64,000 bases of DNA from Felis catus (taxonomy: Eukaryota), in contig NC_058369.1 in NCBI RefSeq assembly GCF_018350175.1, positions 22,260,001 to 22,324,000 on the forward strand. Direction: 5' to 3'. Every line of letters begins with the position of its first letter. Within the stretch, counting starts at the first letter, position 1. The notes beneath the pieces are model-generated. The model was not told the origin of the DNA, made no database searches, and worked only from the letters and a program-made list of their open reading frames with translations. A program made the position numbers and the translations under genes. Of this stretch, positions 25,376-37,670 are shown in pieces.

Positions 25376-27180
25376 CCCCCAGGGAGGGGCAGACTGGCTC
25401 TGGCCTCAGGTGGGGCGCCAGAGGGCCAGGGAAAAAGTGCCTCGTAGTTAGGAAAGTTTAGGCACTAGTGTGGAGTCCATATTCAATTAGACTTTTGTAC
25501 AAGTGATGTCATGCCTCAAGGAAGCCATAAACCTGGTAGGGAACAGCCGCACACATGTGCCCGGCTCCAGCTGTCGGAAGCAGCAGGTCCAGCCCTCTTG
25601 GGGAGGACCGGCGAGGAGGTCGGACAAGCCCAGCCCACTTGTCCAGAGTGCCCCCCCCAGGCGCTCACCCACGCCCACCCACCTGCTGGCATGGTGGGGA
25701 AGGTTAAAGGTGATGACGATCACCACACCTGTGTCATTACCTCAGCCATCGGTCTAGCATATCAGACAGTCACTGGGCCCAGCATATCCATTTTTAAACC
25801 CTCTTCCCCCAGATACACTGCTTCCTGGTTTCTGTTTAGCTGTTCTGAAATACAGTGTGTAAATCAGGACCTACCTACCAGCCGTCATCCTGAGAGGGCA
25901 GCAGGACCTTATCCACGAGGTTTTCTGTTATGTGACCCCAGTTTACAAGAGAGAGCGTCACTCAGTTGGTTTCTGACTGTCAGGTTAAGGGCAACTGTAA
26001 ACTGGAATAATCATGCACTCACAACCAGGTAAACTTAGATACGCTAGTTTGTTTAAAAATTATAGATTTACTGTACATGACTTGTAATATACTATAATTT
26101 GTATTTGTAAAGAGATGGTCTATATTTTGTAATTATTGTACCGTATTTGAACTGCAGCAATATCTATGGGTCCTAATAATGGTAGTTCCCCACTGAAATC
26201 TAGAAATTATTAGCATTTTTACTTGGGCTGTACAGAAGTAGAAGAAATAGAGCCAATTCTCCTTTATTCAGTGAAAAATCTTTTGGGGATGACATTTTAA
26301 GTTCGAAAGAACTTGACACTACAGAGATTTTTCTAAAATATTTTGAGTTACTATAAATCTACCTTAACCCAAGATACACCAGATGACGATTTACAGTCTT
26401 GGCTTTGGGCAAGAGTGCTAGGATCTGATAGTGGACCTCTGGTCCACTGTGGGTTGCAACTTTTATTCTACTGACCCTTCGACAAGTTCATTACAGTAGG
26501 TCGAGCTGGTTACTCTGACCCTGTGGCGTTCACAGTGGTGGTTTCCTCAGCTGCCCCCACAAGGCATTTTTGAAGTTCCTCTGCCCTTCCTTGCTCCCTG
26601 GGGATGGCTACTGTGCTTGTCTTAAATAAGGAGTTGGGGCGGGGGTGGGGAAACGGGGAGGGGGGAGGCAAAGTGATGATCTGTGGGATGAGACCGTCAG
26701 AGGTGTCCACAAATCGTATTGTTGCCTTTTTACAAAACATTGCTGTACTGTGTGTTCTCTCCGAGGGCTTTTATATGCAACTGAATGAGGGCTGAAGTTT
26801 TCATTAGAACGTACTCACACCCCGATTGTACCTCCTGATGAAAACCCACTTTTGGACCATTAGACCCACCCAGGCTTCCTTTTCTTTTCAAAGAATTACG
26901 CCGTTTGTCAACTTTCCTTGGCAGGGATTCCCTGCAGTCAAAAATACAGGTAGCAGTTTTTGGTTCAAAATTTTTAAATATCACCTACATGACCTGTTAA
27001 TGTTTTGGGTTTTTGTTTCGTTTTGTTTTATAAATAACAACACTTTGTTATGAAGACCTTACAAACCTCTTCTTAAGACATTCTTACTCCAGATCCAGGC
27101 AAAAACACTTCCAGGTTTGTAAATGACTATTTCCTGACATAATTTTTTTTTTATTAAAACGCAAAATGTTCTTCAGAACA
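25376..27180 (+). other. CACNA1D: CACNA1D long-isoform 3' UTR (end approximate)
   Basis: AU-rich blocks after the stop; ATTAAA at 27153-27158 followed by GU-rich CTGTGTAAGAATTTTGTGTT. Confidence 0.6.
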
Positions 27181-28145
27181 AAACTGTGTAAGAATTTTGT
27201 GTTAGGGAGCTCTCCTTGCAAAGACCTGGAGCAGGGCAGGGAGAGTTTCAGAAGGGGCACTCTGCCGAGGGCGGTTCTCTAACTGCATAACTTTGTGTTA
27301 CCCTCACGGCTCCCTCCTTAATGCAGAAGGTAACACCAGCTGCCGAGAGCACTTTCTCCTAAAGGGCTAACCCACTGTCCCCATCGTCTCCGCTGGGCAT
27401 TACTACGACTTAGCAGCAGCCCAAACTGCCCTCCCAGGATGGGGGTTTTTTTTTGGTGCAGGCCACAATCTTTTCCAGTCAGTACTTAAAAACTAGCATT
27501 TTTATAAGCTGTACTGCTCTTAACAGGTCTGCTTTAAGCCTGGTTCAATCTCCTATCAACCATTAAGTTGTTCTTTGTAAAAAAAACAAAAAAACAAAAA
27601 AAACAAAAAACAAAAAACTGAAGTTGTAGAGGATGTGTTATTTTTTCCTTTGCTTTAGAAAGTTTTAAGATTAAATGTCTCTCCTTTTTGGGCCCCCTCC
27701 CACCCCCTAAAAAATAGTACATTTGGTTTCTCATGTTTTTCTTAATATCACAAATAGATATGTCAGTTTGGATTTAACTACCAGTGAGCAGGATCCTCAT
27801 TGTTTCTCTCCTGGCAGCCTGGCCAGACGGGGCTTTCTAGCTCTGTCTGGGAGTCTGCCCAAGCCTGGGAAGCTTCTTGGTACACAGGGCACACAGCATG
27901 GGCTTTACCTACCTTACTGCTGACCCCACGCTTATGAAAGGAACCAGGGAAGTTTATTTCACATTATTTTTTATGGTCTTTAGTGTCTTTGCCAACTGCC
28001 TGTTCTCCTACAAAGGTTTCCGCTGTTATCATGGGCGGTTTGTTCTGAACACTGGTCAGCCACAGAGCTATCGTCTGGCACAGAGCTCCAGCTCCTACCA
28101 GACTCAAAAACAGACACCAGCTGGGCTCTCATTGTTGACAAAGTT

Positions 28146-28151
28146 TTTATT
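28146..28151 (-). terminator. CHDH: Candidate CHDH poly(A) signal
   Basis: Minus-strand AATAAA followed about 30 nt later by GU-rich GGTGTCTGTTTTTGAGTCTGGT. Confidence 0.6.
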
Positions 28152-31013
28152 TCTCCAAAATAATATTCTTTCCTTCCTGGGGGCTTCAGAGGGCAGGCGA
28201 GAATAGGAGAATGGGGAGCAGGCCTGGGGCCCTTGCCTCCAACATGGGAGCACCAGCGAGAGTGGCCTTGCAGACACCCTGTGGGGATGGTGGCAGGAGA
28301 GAGGGAATGGGAGACGGCCTGGGTCTCAGGACAGGGCTGGTGGAGAAGGCATGTGTTTCCCTCTAGGTTTTAAGGGAAAAGGATGTAGATATTAGATTTG
28401 ATGTTAAGTTGGCAGAAACAGGAAACGGCCTTTGTGGGGAGGAAAAGGGTTTGGCTGGAGAGAAGCTATCTGATTTTATGGAAATGAGGATTCCTACAGT
28501 TGGCCCGGAAGCAGAGAGGCTGCACGTCTGGAAGCCAGGATCCGGCTTCCAGGACCTGCCATTCCTGGTCATGCTGCTGGCGAGCTGCTCCGGTTTCCGT
28601 GCCGTCTGTCCTCCGTTCTACCAGGAAGAACCTTCTGTTGGTGCAGCAGCTTGAACGCAGTCTTCTTCAAAGGGGTCCGTGCCCGGAGCCCATTCAGGTA
28701 CATACACAGCTTCCTGTTACGCTTTTTCAACCGTTTTTTGAAAAGTACATTCTTCTGTTTAGGTATCATGGGTGCTTTGCCAAGGGGCTTCAAGAAGATT
28801 CTCTCAGGGCTGAGTGCTGGCCTGGTCTCTGGGGGCCCCCAAGGGACGCCTGACTGTGGCTCAGCCTCCCTAACCCGATAGGCACTTTTCTCCCCTCTCT
28901 GGCTTCCCCAGCCAACAGCCCTCTTTCTGAGGCCGAAGGTTCCCTCATGGCAATGGAACCTTGAGATGGCCTATTATGACACGGGCCACTATTCCACTCC
29001 GCCAGACGGCTGCACGCTCCCCTGTCCTGGCTGGAGCGAGGAGCCACTTCAAAGCACACTATTCCATCTTGTGGCTGAACCCCGACAACACAGTGTTTCG
29101 CCTTGACTTCTGTGGGGCCTGGATACAGAACACTCGCAGTCCACTCTATTTCTGCATCTGGCTACACTGTATGATCATACAGGATGAGGCTCGGTGACCG
29201 AGAGCGGGAGAGGGGCCTAGATGTAATCCAGCCGTGCAAGATCACGTACCTCCTCTCACCTCTGCTTATCTTACAATACAGACACAGGAGGCAAAGCAGC
29301 CACTGCCCCAGAGACTGAGACCACCATAGAATGGCTGTGTCACCTGGCTTACCTGCACTAGACAAGGTCAGCACAGTCACAGGCAGGCCTGGACCCCTCC
29401 ACCTACCCAACTTGTCACTCATTGGCCCTCAGAGCAGTGAGATTGGCAGCTGCCCTCCTCTGATCTTCCTTCACCCCTGCAGGCGGCTCCCAGGCCCTGA
29501 GGCTGACAGTTGTAGACCACGGCTGCAGGGGCACACGGGGATTTCCCTAGAAGAAATCAATCTCTTGGCAGATTTAGAACCTCCCGTGGGACAGAAAATG
29601 CAGCAAGATACAGGTAAGAGTAAACCAGAGCCACTTAAAATTTTTAAAGGAAGGAGAGGTGTCATGGTTTCCTTCTCTCCATCTTTCTGGAAGGTCTGTC
29701 TCACAAACACAAGTTGTGGCTGTCTGGCCTCCATGATACCTCGATCCACTCTGACCCCGGGGGGAAGCCTGGAACGCCCCCATTTTCTTCCCCTCCCTGT
29801 TCTGTGTCTAGCACAGCAGCTTTCCATGGAACAACCCTTTTCTCCCCTGCTGTGGGAAGTGGCCTTGGAGATCTTTAGAAAGATCCATCCAAAACACATT
29901 TAATTTCCATTACCCTGTGAGAGCAGTCTGGCTAAGGCATCTCCATTCAAAAAGAAGTTACTGGATTACATTATTGGATTATAGGAAGTTTAAAGATCAA
30001 AGAACTATTTTAAACGCTTCTTGTATCTGCTCTCCGCCCCCCCCCCCAACTCAAATCTTTGTCAACTTATTTTTTCTTTCACTCAGTTGTACTTTTACAG
30101 GATCGGGTACCTAGTTTGACTTGACAACTTTTTCCATCAGCCTCAGCTCCATCCCAGTCGGGTCCTGTGGATGTCCGCAGAATACGAATTAGCCGGCTTT
30201 GTCCGCTGTGAGTCGCTTCCCCAGGCTGATGGGAAAGGGTCCTCTTGGGCTAGCTGCTTTGGCATGGAGCAGTGGTCTGGTCTGTGGGTCTGCTCTGGAT
30301 TTCTAGGTTTCCCTGGTAACAGGAAAATCTTTTAAAATGTTAAATCATGAAACCTATGGGAGTGAAGAGACTCTCCAGAAGCTTCTTTCGATCAAGGTCC
30401 AGAAATCTTCCCATTGGGCTGTGTTTAGTAAGAACCAGAGCACTGGCGAGGTGGGCCCTCAGAGTGGCCCGAGTGGGATCGGGAAGCACGGGGGAAGACT
30501 GTGTTTCTCCCAGCAGGCAGCTAGCCCTCCAAACAGGGACACCGGAGGCTTACGCACAGGCCTCAGCTACAGCGTGCAGCCTGAGGTGGGGGATGCCCCC
30601 ACCCTGAGAACCCAGTGTGGTCTAGCCACCACCTAGCCTCTGGGCACAGCACCCTGCTCTTAGAGCGGCTCGCCTTAAGAGGGAGGCCTGAGAGGGAACC
30701 ACTTCCCTCAAGTCTGACCAGAACCTGGACTATTAAGACAAGGCCATGGCAGAAGTTAACCATCATCCTCCTTTGGCCTGTCCCTTGGTCCCCTCTGCTG
30801 CCCCTTCAGGAGGCAGGGGGAGGGGCCCGCAGGAAAATGCTGGGGAAAAGAAACCTGCTTTGCTGCCCTGATACTGGTCTCCCATCCTAAGAGATTAACC
30901 CATTCTCAGCCACTGAATCCTAACATTCTAGACAGTTTCAGGAAAGGGCACTGAGGGCAGGGACTCTGCTGACCCTCTTGGCTTGTCAGGAGGCTTCTCA
31001 GGCAGCGACTGCC

Positions 31014-31432
31014 TCAGCGCTGGGTGGCCAGACTTCTGGGCTTATAGACAGGGACGTCCTTGTCCTGGAGTGCAGGCTGCCCCTTGATGATGTCAGCTGC
31101 TTTCTCTGCGATCATGATGGTGGGGGCGTTAAGGTTGCCGCTGACCACACTGGGCATGATGGAGGCATCAACCACCCTGAGGTTTTCCACTCCAAGCACC
31201 CTGGTCTGTGGGTCCACCACGGCAGTGGGGTCAGAGGGCTGGCCCATCTTACAGGTGCACGAGGGGTGGTAGGCGCTGTCCGCTTTTGCCCGCACAAAGG
31301 CATCTATCTCTTTATCTGACTGCACGTGGCTTCCTGGCTGGAGCTCTTTCCCCCGGAACGGTTCTAGGGCTTTCTGAGCAAAAATTTCTCTGGTCAGCTT
31401 CACACACTGTCGGAAGTCCTTAATGTCGGCTT
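31014..31432 (-). CDS. CHDH: Choline dehydrogenase, last coding exon (GMC oxidoreductase C-terminus, catalytic His in AYHPSCTCKMG)
   Basis: caacag|AAGCC acceptor; ...VVDASIMPSVVSGNLNAPTIMIAEKAADII...LATQR*. Confidence 0.97.
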
Positions 31433-32157
31433 CTGTTGATGAGAAGAAATAGTTGAGGTGATTCCTTTTACCATGCTGGCTCTGCCAACAGATTCTGAGC
31501 ACAGAGAGGCTCAGTAAGCTGCCCCAGGGGACACAGTTCAGGGACATGGAGCCACCAGATTGCCTGTCACCTACTCAGAGCCAGTTAGACTGCAACCAAG
31601 CAGCATCCCAGGAAGGCAAACAGCACCCTAGGTGGACACAGCCTGCCCCGGGGGGCCCTAGGTTTAACTTGGAGGTGAGACCGTACACCCTGCCTCCGCC
31701 AGTGTGGCTGTGAGCATGCTACGGGTCATTATCGAGCAAAACCTGCCCAGTGGGGAGTGCTCGGTTTTGCTGCATGCAAAGAGGCAGGCCCAAGAATGTA
31801 ATCTGCTTCTGGACGAAACTCAGAGTAACGAGCAACAGTCTCTGTGAGCCCCAGTGTACACAGCCAGATCTCCTTGCACCTTCTGGCAGATTGTTCTGAA
31901 AGCAACAAATCTCTCCTGCTGTGTAAAAGGACATCCCAGGGTTACTTTAAGGGCCCCAGGGCACTACCTAGCAGCATGTGCCCAGTTTATAGCCTAGAAT
32001 TGGGACGGGGGACGGGGTGATGTGTCTCAGAAAATGTGGTCCAGGAGTAGGATTCAGAGATAAATGTAAACCCCATGAAGGCATTCATTCATTCATTCAT
32101 TGAACAAATGACTCGGCAAGCCCAGGTCCGGGGGAGACAGAGAGGTTGGAGAATTAC

Positions 32158-32260
32158 CTGTTGACAAGTAGTTGGGTTGAATCACCGGGTGGTCCCGGGG
32201 GTTGGCACTTCTCAGTTTGAGCCAGCCCACACTCGTGCCCCGCATGGTCCCCACATGCAC
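32158..32260 (-). CDS. CHDH: CHDH coding exon 6 of 7
   Basis: ctag|GTG...ACAG|gtaatt, 103 nt; VHVGTMRGTSVGWLKLRSANPRDHPVIQPNYLST. Confidence 0.95.
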
Positions 32261-32753
32261 CTAGAAGAACCAGAGGAAGCTGTGACCTCCTTCAACTTTC
32301 TGAGTCAGTAGCTTAGGCCCTGGGGTTTCCTGTGGGCTGAGACTCCACATCCAAAGGCAATTAAGAGCAGACACATTTTAGTATTTGTTTGCATCTTACC
32401 CCCTTCCCCGCTTCCACAAGTGATCACCTTGCTGAATCACTGCTGCTTCCTGGCTTTATACATGATGTCTTAAACTTCCAGGCGCTGGAAATCCCAGGGC
32501 CGTTGGCCTCATTTGTCTATTTCTGGCAGTCTAGATCCCTAGAGCATCTGCCCTCAGCTGGGCGCAGGTCTCCGCTTTCCACGTACCACACACACTGCCT
32601 CATGATGACTCCAGACTCCTCCTCTCCCCTCCGACCCACTGAGCAGCTGGGGGGCAGGGCACAGGCTCCTGGGCCTCACCCCACCCCCAACCGAGGGCCC
32701 TGCTGCATTGAGCAGGGTGCTGCTTGATGACAAAGATGAAGCTGTCTGCTCAC

Positions 32754-32896
32754 CTGGTAAGCTTCCTGCTGGGTGGGGACCCGTCCGTGGTCGATCACTT
32801 GGGATGGCAGGAAATGGAACTGGATGTCCGGGTGAGGGACCCCAGGCTGGCTCCGGATGAATCCGCCTGTTTCCAGATGGGCTGTGGCTCCATCCC
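32754..32896 (-). CDS. CHDH: CHDH coding exon 5 of 7
   Basis: ctcag|GG...CAG|gtgagc, 143 nt; DGATAHLETGGFIRSQPGVPHPDIQFHFLPSQVIDHGRVPTQQEAYQ. Confidence 0.95.
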
Positions 32897-33269
32897 CTGA
32901 GGATCAGAAGAGTGGATCAGGGCATGGCAGGCTACCCCCCACCCTCACCCCTCCTGGCCTCTGTTCTGGTGCCTGGACCCATGTGCTCAACTCTGGTGTC
33001 TCTCCCTCAGGTGGGCTCACCCAACACCACAGGTTTTAAAATCAGCTACATGCCAAGGGCCTTTCGGCTTTGCCACGCCTCCCCCCCCCCCCCCCCCCCC
33101 GGCGTCCTCCACCACAGACCCAACTGTGAGGCCTGATGTGGCCCGGTATCCTGAACTTTCCCACCCCAGGCTCTACCCCTGACAGGCTGTTCTTTCATAC
33201 AAGGCCTAAGTCAGACATTCGAGCTGTCCCTGCCTCCTCCTCTTCTTCGTCGCCCACCATCTGACCCTC

Positions 33270-33720
33270 AGAAAGCCTCACTGACTTCAGCTCCAAAATC
33301 GACTGGGATTCATCTACTTGGCAATACCCCCCCACCCCCTCCCTCAGCCCAGGCTGAGACCCCCTCCTCACTGGCAGCTCCAGTGGACTCCTTGCTGGTG
33401 TCCCGGCCTACCCTCATGATGGAGTCTCTTCCATCGCACCCCTGCTTTCTCCTCAACATGCTGCAGTCTCCCTGGCCCAACAGACTTGTTCTTCAAGTAC
33501 CAGACGCCTAGACCTGGGGCCTTTGTACATGCTCTCCCTAGCTCTCAGATATACTCTGTCACCATTCTCTACTTTATTAACACCCTGATCTTAAAACTTA
33601 AGCATGTTTACATGGTTTCTTTCCACTGACCCCACCAAAGTGTAAGCTCCCCAAGGGAACCTGCCTTATTGGCACAGCACACAGTACGTGGCAGGTGTGG
33701 GAAAAACACATGCTGAATAC
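33270..33720 (+). mobile_element. Degraded L2 LINE 3' fragment
   Basis: TGTAAGCTCCCCAAGGG..GCACAGCACACAGTA..TGCTGAATA resembles the L2 3' end. Confidence 0.6.
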
Positions 33721-33924
33721 GATTTCAAAGCACCACTTCCTACCCGGGGGACTGCTCTGGGACTCTGAAAACAAACAAACTGCTAAGAAATGGATGCTGA
33801 GTGTGCTTTTTCTCCAGGCTCCTTGGAGCCCAGAGGGTGTCCAGCATGAGGCCATCCCTGGCTATCTGTAAGGAAGAGTGGCACCCAGGTTCGGGAGTCT
33901 CACCCTGGACAGGCCCTGGGCCAC

Positions 33925-34055
33925 CTCATCTGGTCCTCACAACAGCCTTCCAGGCAGGACTATGTATCCCCATCATACAGATAGGGAAGCTGAGGCAGAT
34001 GGTATAGCTAAGTTCTGAACAAGTGACTTGAAGCCAGAGCCCTTGCTCAGCACCT
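33925..34055 (-). mobile_element. MIR fragment
   Basis: TCCTCACAACAGCC..ATCCCCATCATACAGATAGGGAAGCTGAGGC. Confidence 0.6.
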
Positions 34056-34117
34056 TAGGAAGGAGGCTGTGCTGACCACAGACCAGTTCTACTATGGTCC
34101 CAGACCAGCACACCTAC

Positions 34118-34252
34118 CTGTGAACTTCCAGAGCCACTCTAGACCAATCCGGACTTTCCTCAAGGGCTTCTGTGCTGAATGGAGAGTGATGGGGAGGGTA
34201 CATGCCTGCTGGACATATATCTCCAGGTGGTCTTGCAGGTTCTGGCCAACTC
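34118..34252 (-). CDS. CHDH: CHDH coding exon 4 of 7
   Basis: tttcag|GA...ACAG|gtaggt, 135 nt; VGQNLQDHLEIYVQQACTLPITLHSAQKPLRKVRIGLEWLWKFT. Confidence 0.95.
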
Positions 34253-35221
34253 CTGAAATGGGAGGGAATGGTTAAGAAAGATGGCTTCCAAGAGGGGCTT
34301 ATTAGCTGTACCTGGCCTCTTGACTTCCCCTGGTTTTGAAAACTTCCCCTAAACCTATCCACATACCTGCTGAGCCAGCTCCTGCTTATTCCTCAGTTTC
34401 TGCTTAAAGGTTGCCTCCTGGGACGCCATCCCTACGCTCATTGCCAAGTCTAGTCCTCTCACGCTGCCCAAGCCACCTGCCCTTATCACTCACTCCCGGG
34501 GCAGTCCCTGTAACCATCCCGATGCCTTCCTGCCATGCAGCACCCTCCCTGAGGGTAGGGCCCAGGCATTCAGCAGGCACCACTCAGTAAGCTGTTGTCA
34601 GATGGACCGACGGCCCCACCTGCACCTCCAGGGAAGGAGGGAATCAGGGCTTGTCATGCTGGGCAGACACTGTCACAGGCCAGCACTTTCACAAACCTCT
34701 TCTGATAAAGCCTCAATACACAAAGGGTCATTTTGGGGGCAGTTTGGGTTATAAGAGAGATAAGAAGCTCTGATGGGCATTAAAGACAGTTTGTAAGATA
34801 AATTTTAGGCTTGGAATAATTGTCTTAACATGAAAAGCATGCTCTGAAACACCGAGTTGGCTTCTTTAATGTCAGGGCTGCTGCTGAGTCCTGAGGACAG
34901 AAAACACATAGGCCTGGACCCCTCTCACCCTTGGGCTGCCATGGTGACATATCCGAGCCTGGCCCAGTGGGCTTTTCAGGTGGAAGCTCGCTGCTGGAGG
35001 GACATCACTTCTCAGTGGGACAGTAGGGCCAGGAAAGGGGAAAAACAACACAAAGACTGGGGTCCCTGGGATAGGGCTGTCCAGTGAGGCTCATGGGAAG
35101 AATGTGGCCGTTCTGAGGAAAGCTGACTGCTGCCCCCTCCCCAGCTCCACGCTAATGCACTTCAGTAAGCTGTTTTATTAGCAGAGGCCCCCTCTGAGGA
35201 GCAGCAGCAAAGGGAGCTCAC

Positions 35222-35351
35222 CGGGAAGGTGGCACACCACCGGGATACCCAGTTTCCTGAGGTCGTCTGCGTTGCCGACACCCGAGAGCATGAGCAGCTG
35301 TGGAGAGTTGATGGCGCCCCCGCTCAGAATCACCTCCTTGCTGGCATAAGC
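35222..35351 (-). CDS. CHDH: CHDH coding exon 3 of 7
   Basis: ttccag|GCT...CCCG|gtgagc, 130 nt; [43 protein letters not shown]. Confidence 0.95.
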
Positions 35352-35731
35352 CTGGAAGAGGCAGAGGCACGTAGGTCACGCTTCCTGAAAAGCGAGACAG
35401 AACACCGAGAGTGTGGCCTTGGTGTGATGTCCCCGAGTGGTGGGTGGGGATCCCGTTCCCAGGCCCCAGAGTAAGGAAGGGGATGCTCAGCGGGCCGCTC
35501 TATGAAGGGCGCTCCACACATGCAGCTTCCGGGTGCAGGTGCAACACTGAAGCGCGCTTCACATGCTGATACGTTCTGCAACAGTCACACTGTAACGATG
35601 GTCTTAAAAACGGGACTGTAGAGCCCCAGACACTCCAACAAGCAGCTTCAATAAAGCAAGCAGTGAGTCAGATCTTCACATAGAGGCAGAATGATCCTGA
35701 CACACTGCTAAGTGGAGAACAGCATAGTGCT

Positions 35732-35918
35732 GGGGGCACTGGGTGGCTCAGCCAGTTAGGCATCTGGCTCTTGATTTTGGCTCAGTTCATGGGATCAAGC
35801 CCTGCATTGGGTTCTGTGCTGACATAATGGAGCCTTCTTGGGATTCTCTCTCTCTCTCTGCCCCTTCCCCTGCTTGCACATTTTCTCTCAAAAATAAATG
35901 AATACATATTTTTAAAAA
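35732..35918 (+). mobile_element. Can-SINE (older, diverged)
   Basis: GGGGCACTGGGTGGCTCAG head, CT-rich tract, AATAAA tail. Confidence 0.85.
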
Positions 35919-36216
35919 GTGTAGTGTTGAAATACGGATTATGATCACATTTGTGGTTTTTAAAGCCTTAGTACAAACCTATCAATTTCTCAAAAGGTAT
36001 GGAAGGTTCTAGGAGCCTGCTCTGAGGTGGGGAGGGGCAGACAGAGGCTCACAGGAGCCACCATGGGCTCTCTGCAGGTGGCTGGACTGAGGGCTTCCTC
36101 ACCTCTGAGACCCTGGGGACAAGAGCCCAACTGCTACCCACACTAAGCATGACTGCTAGGGTGACTGCTCATTCCCTTCCATCTCGACTGCACCAGCCTG
36201 GAAGTAACTCACTCAC

Positions 36217-36368
36217 CCGGTGGCTCTGGCCATTCTTGATGTACTCCACACCCACTGCACGCGTGCCTTCAAATAGTACCCTGTTCACAAACGTCTGGGC
36301 CTCGGCGGTGAGGTTGGGGCGGCTCAGTGCTGGATGCAGGTACGCACAGGCTGTGCTCCAGCGCTTGC
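36217..36368 (-). CDS. CHDH: CHDH coding exon 2 of 7
   Basis: gccag|GC...CGG|gtgagt, 152 nt; KRWSTACAYLHPALSRPNLTAEAQTFVNRVLFEGTRAVGVEYIKNGQSHR. Confidence 0.95.
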
Positions 36369-36822
36369 CTGGCAGACAGAGCAAGGCGATCAGGCACAGC
36401 CCCTGCCCCTTTGCCTGATGTGGGGGTGGGAGGGTGGGGCTGGGGCTGAAGAAAGATGGAATGTGCCCTTCCCCTGGCAGGACAAGCTCTGACTGCAAAG
36501 TAGGGCTAAAACCAATCTCTGCAGGACTGAAATCCACATCCATCTGGGGTGGAAAAACACCCTCCACTCCCAACAGGATGACCAGGAGCACCTAATACAA
36601 GGGGGTAAGAACTCTATAGAGGCAGGCAAGGGCCCTGGGTCAACCCAGGCCCTGCCTCTGTCCTGCTGTGTGCAAGGCACTTCAGTGCTCTTTGCCTCAG
36701 TTTCCTCATCTGTAAGGCTCTTTGGTCAAAGAGCTGACTCTCCACAACAGAGGCCAGAGGCCTAAAGGATGCCCAAGAGTCTGTCTCCAAGTCATTTCTC
36801 ACTAGCTACGAATTGTATTCTG

Positions 36823-36841
36823 TGGCCTGTAGGGGGCGTGA
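36823..36841 (+). promoter_or_regulatory. Candidate CTCF core motif
   Basis: TGGCCTGTAGGGGGCGTGA versus consensus TGGCCACCAGGGGGCGCTA; motif match only. Confidence 0.45.
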
Positions 36842-36967
36842 GACCTCTGTCATCTCGGCCTCATACTAGCCCGTTTATCCTCACTTACCATGATGGGGGC
36901 AGGGGGATGGGGCTGTGATGGGCAAAAGGAGGAACCAGGGAGATGGGGGACGGGAGCCTTGTGCTAC

Positions 36968-37670
36968 CTTGGTGGATGGTCATGTCCATCCATCCGAAGC
37001 CTTCTTGCTGGAAGCCGTTCATGTCCTCAGTGAGGGGGTAGCCAGCCTGCTGCGCCGCCTCCAGGAAGGCGCGGTGCAGCGCGTGGTTGGTCTTGCCCCG
37101 GGACACGTGTAGTGGCCCGTCGCCGCCGCGGTACCTGTTGGCACCCAGTTCGTGGCTCTGCGCCTTGCGGAAGTAGGGCAGGCAGTGTTCGTAGTCCCAG
37201 CCGGCCGCGCCTTCCCGCTGCCAGCGGTTGTAGTCCTCTGCGTGCCCGCGGATGTAGACCATGGCGTTGAGCGACGACGAGCCTCCCCAGACCCGGCCGC
37301 GCGGCCAGTACAGCACGCGGCCGTCGAGGCCTGGCTGCGGTTCCGTGTGGTAGCACCAGTTGTACCTGTCATCGCACAGGTTGGCCACGAGGGCCGCGGG
37401 CATGTGGATCTTCCACGAGAGCCGCTTGCTCCTGGCGAGCATGTCCTTGGGCCCGGCCTCCAGCAGCAGCACACGCCTGTCCGTGTCCTCGGTGAGCCGC
37501 CCGGCCAGCACGCAGCCCGCCGAGCCCGCACCCACCACCACGTGACTGTACTCATCCCCAGTCCCGGGGCCCGCGCTGGCCAGAGCACGGACACTGGGGG
37601 GCCGCTGCCGCCCCAGGGCTCCCCATGCGCTCAGATGCCTTCTCCTCCAGCCTCGCAGGACACTCCACAT
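36968..37670 (-). CDS. CHDH: CHDH first coding exon (mitochondrial presequence, GAGSAG FAD-binding motif); exon begins at 37726
   Basis: ATG at 37670 in GAAGCATGT context; 703 nt to CAAG|gtagca. The seven exons sum to 1785 nt = 594 aa + stop with consistent phases. The exon is CpG-dense. Confidence 0.97.

Noticed and set aside
29331..29903. 190-aa + strand and 142-aa - strand ORFs between the genes
   Set aside because: They lie in the CHDH 3' UTR region and have no recognisable protein features.
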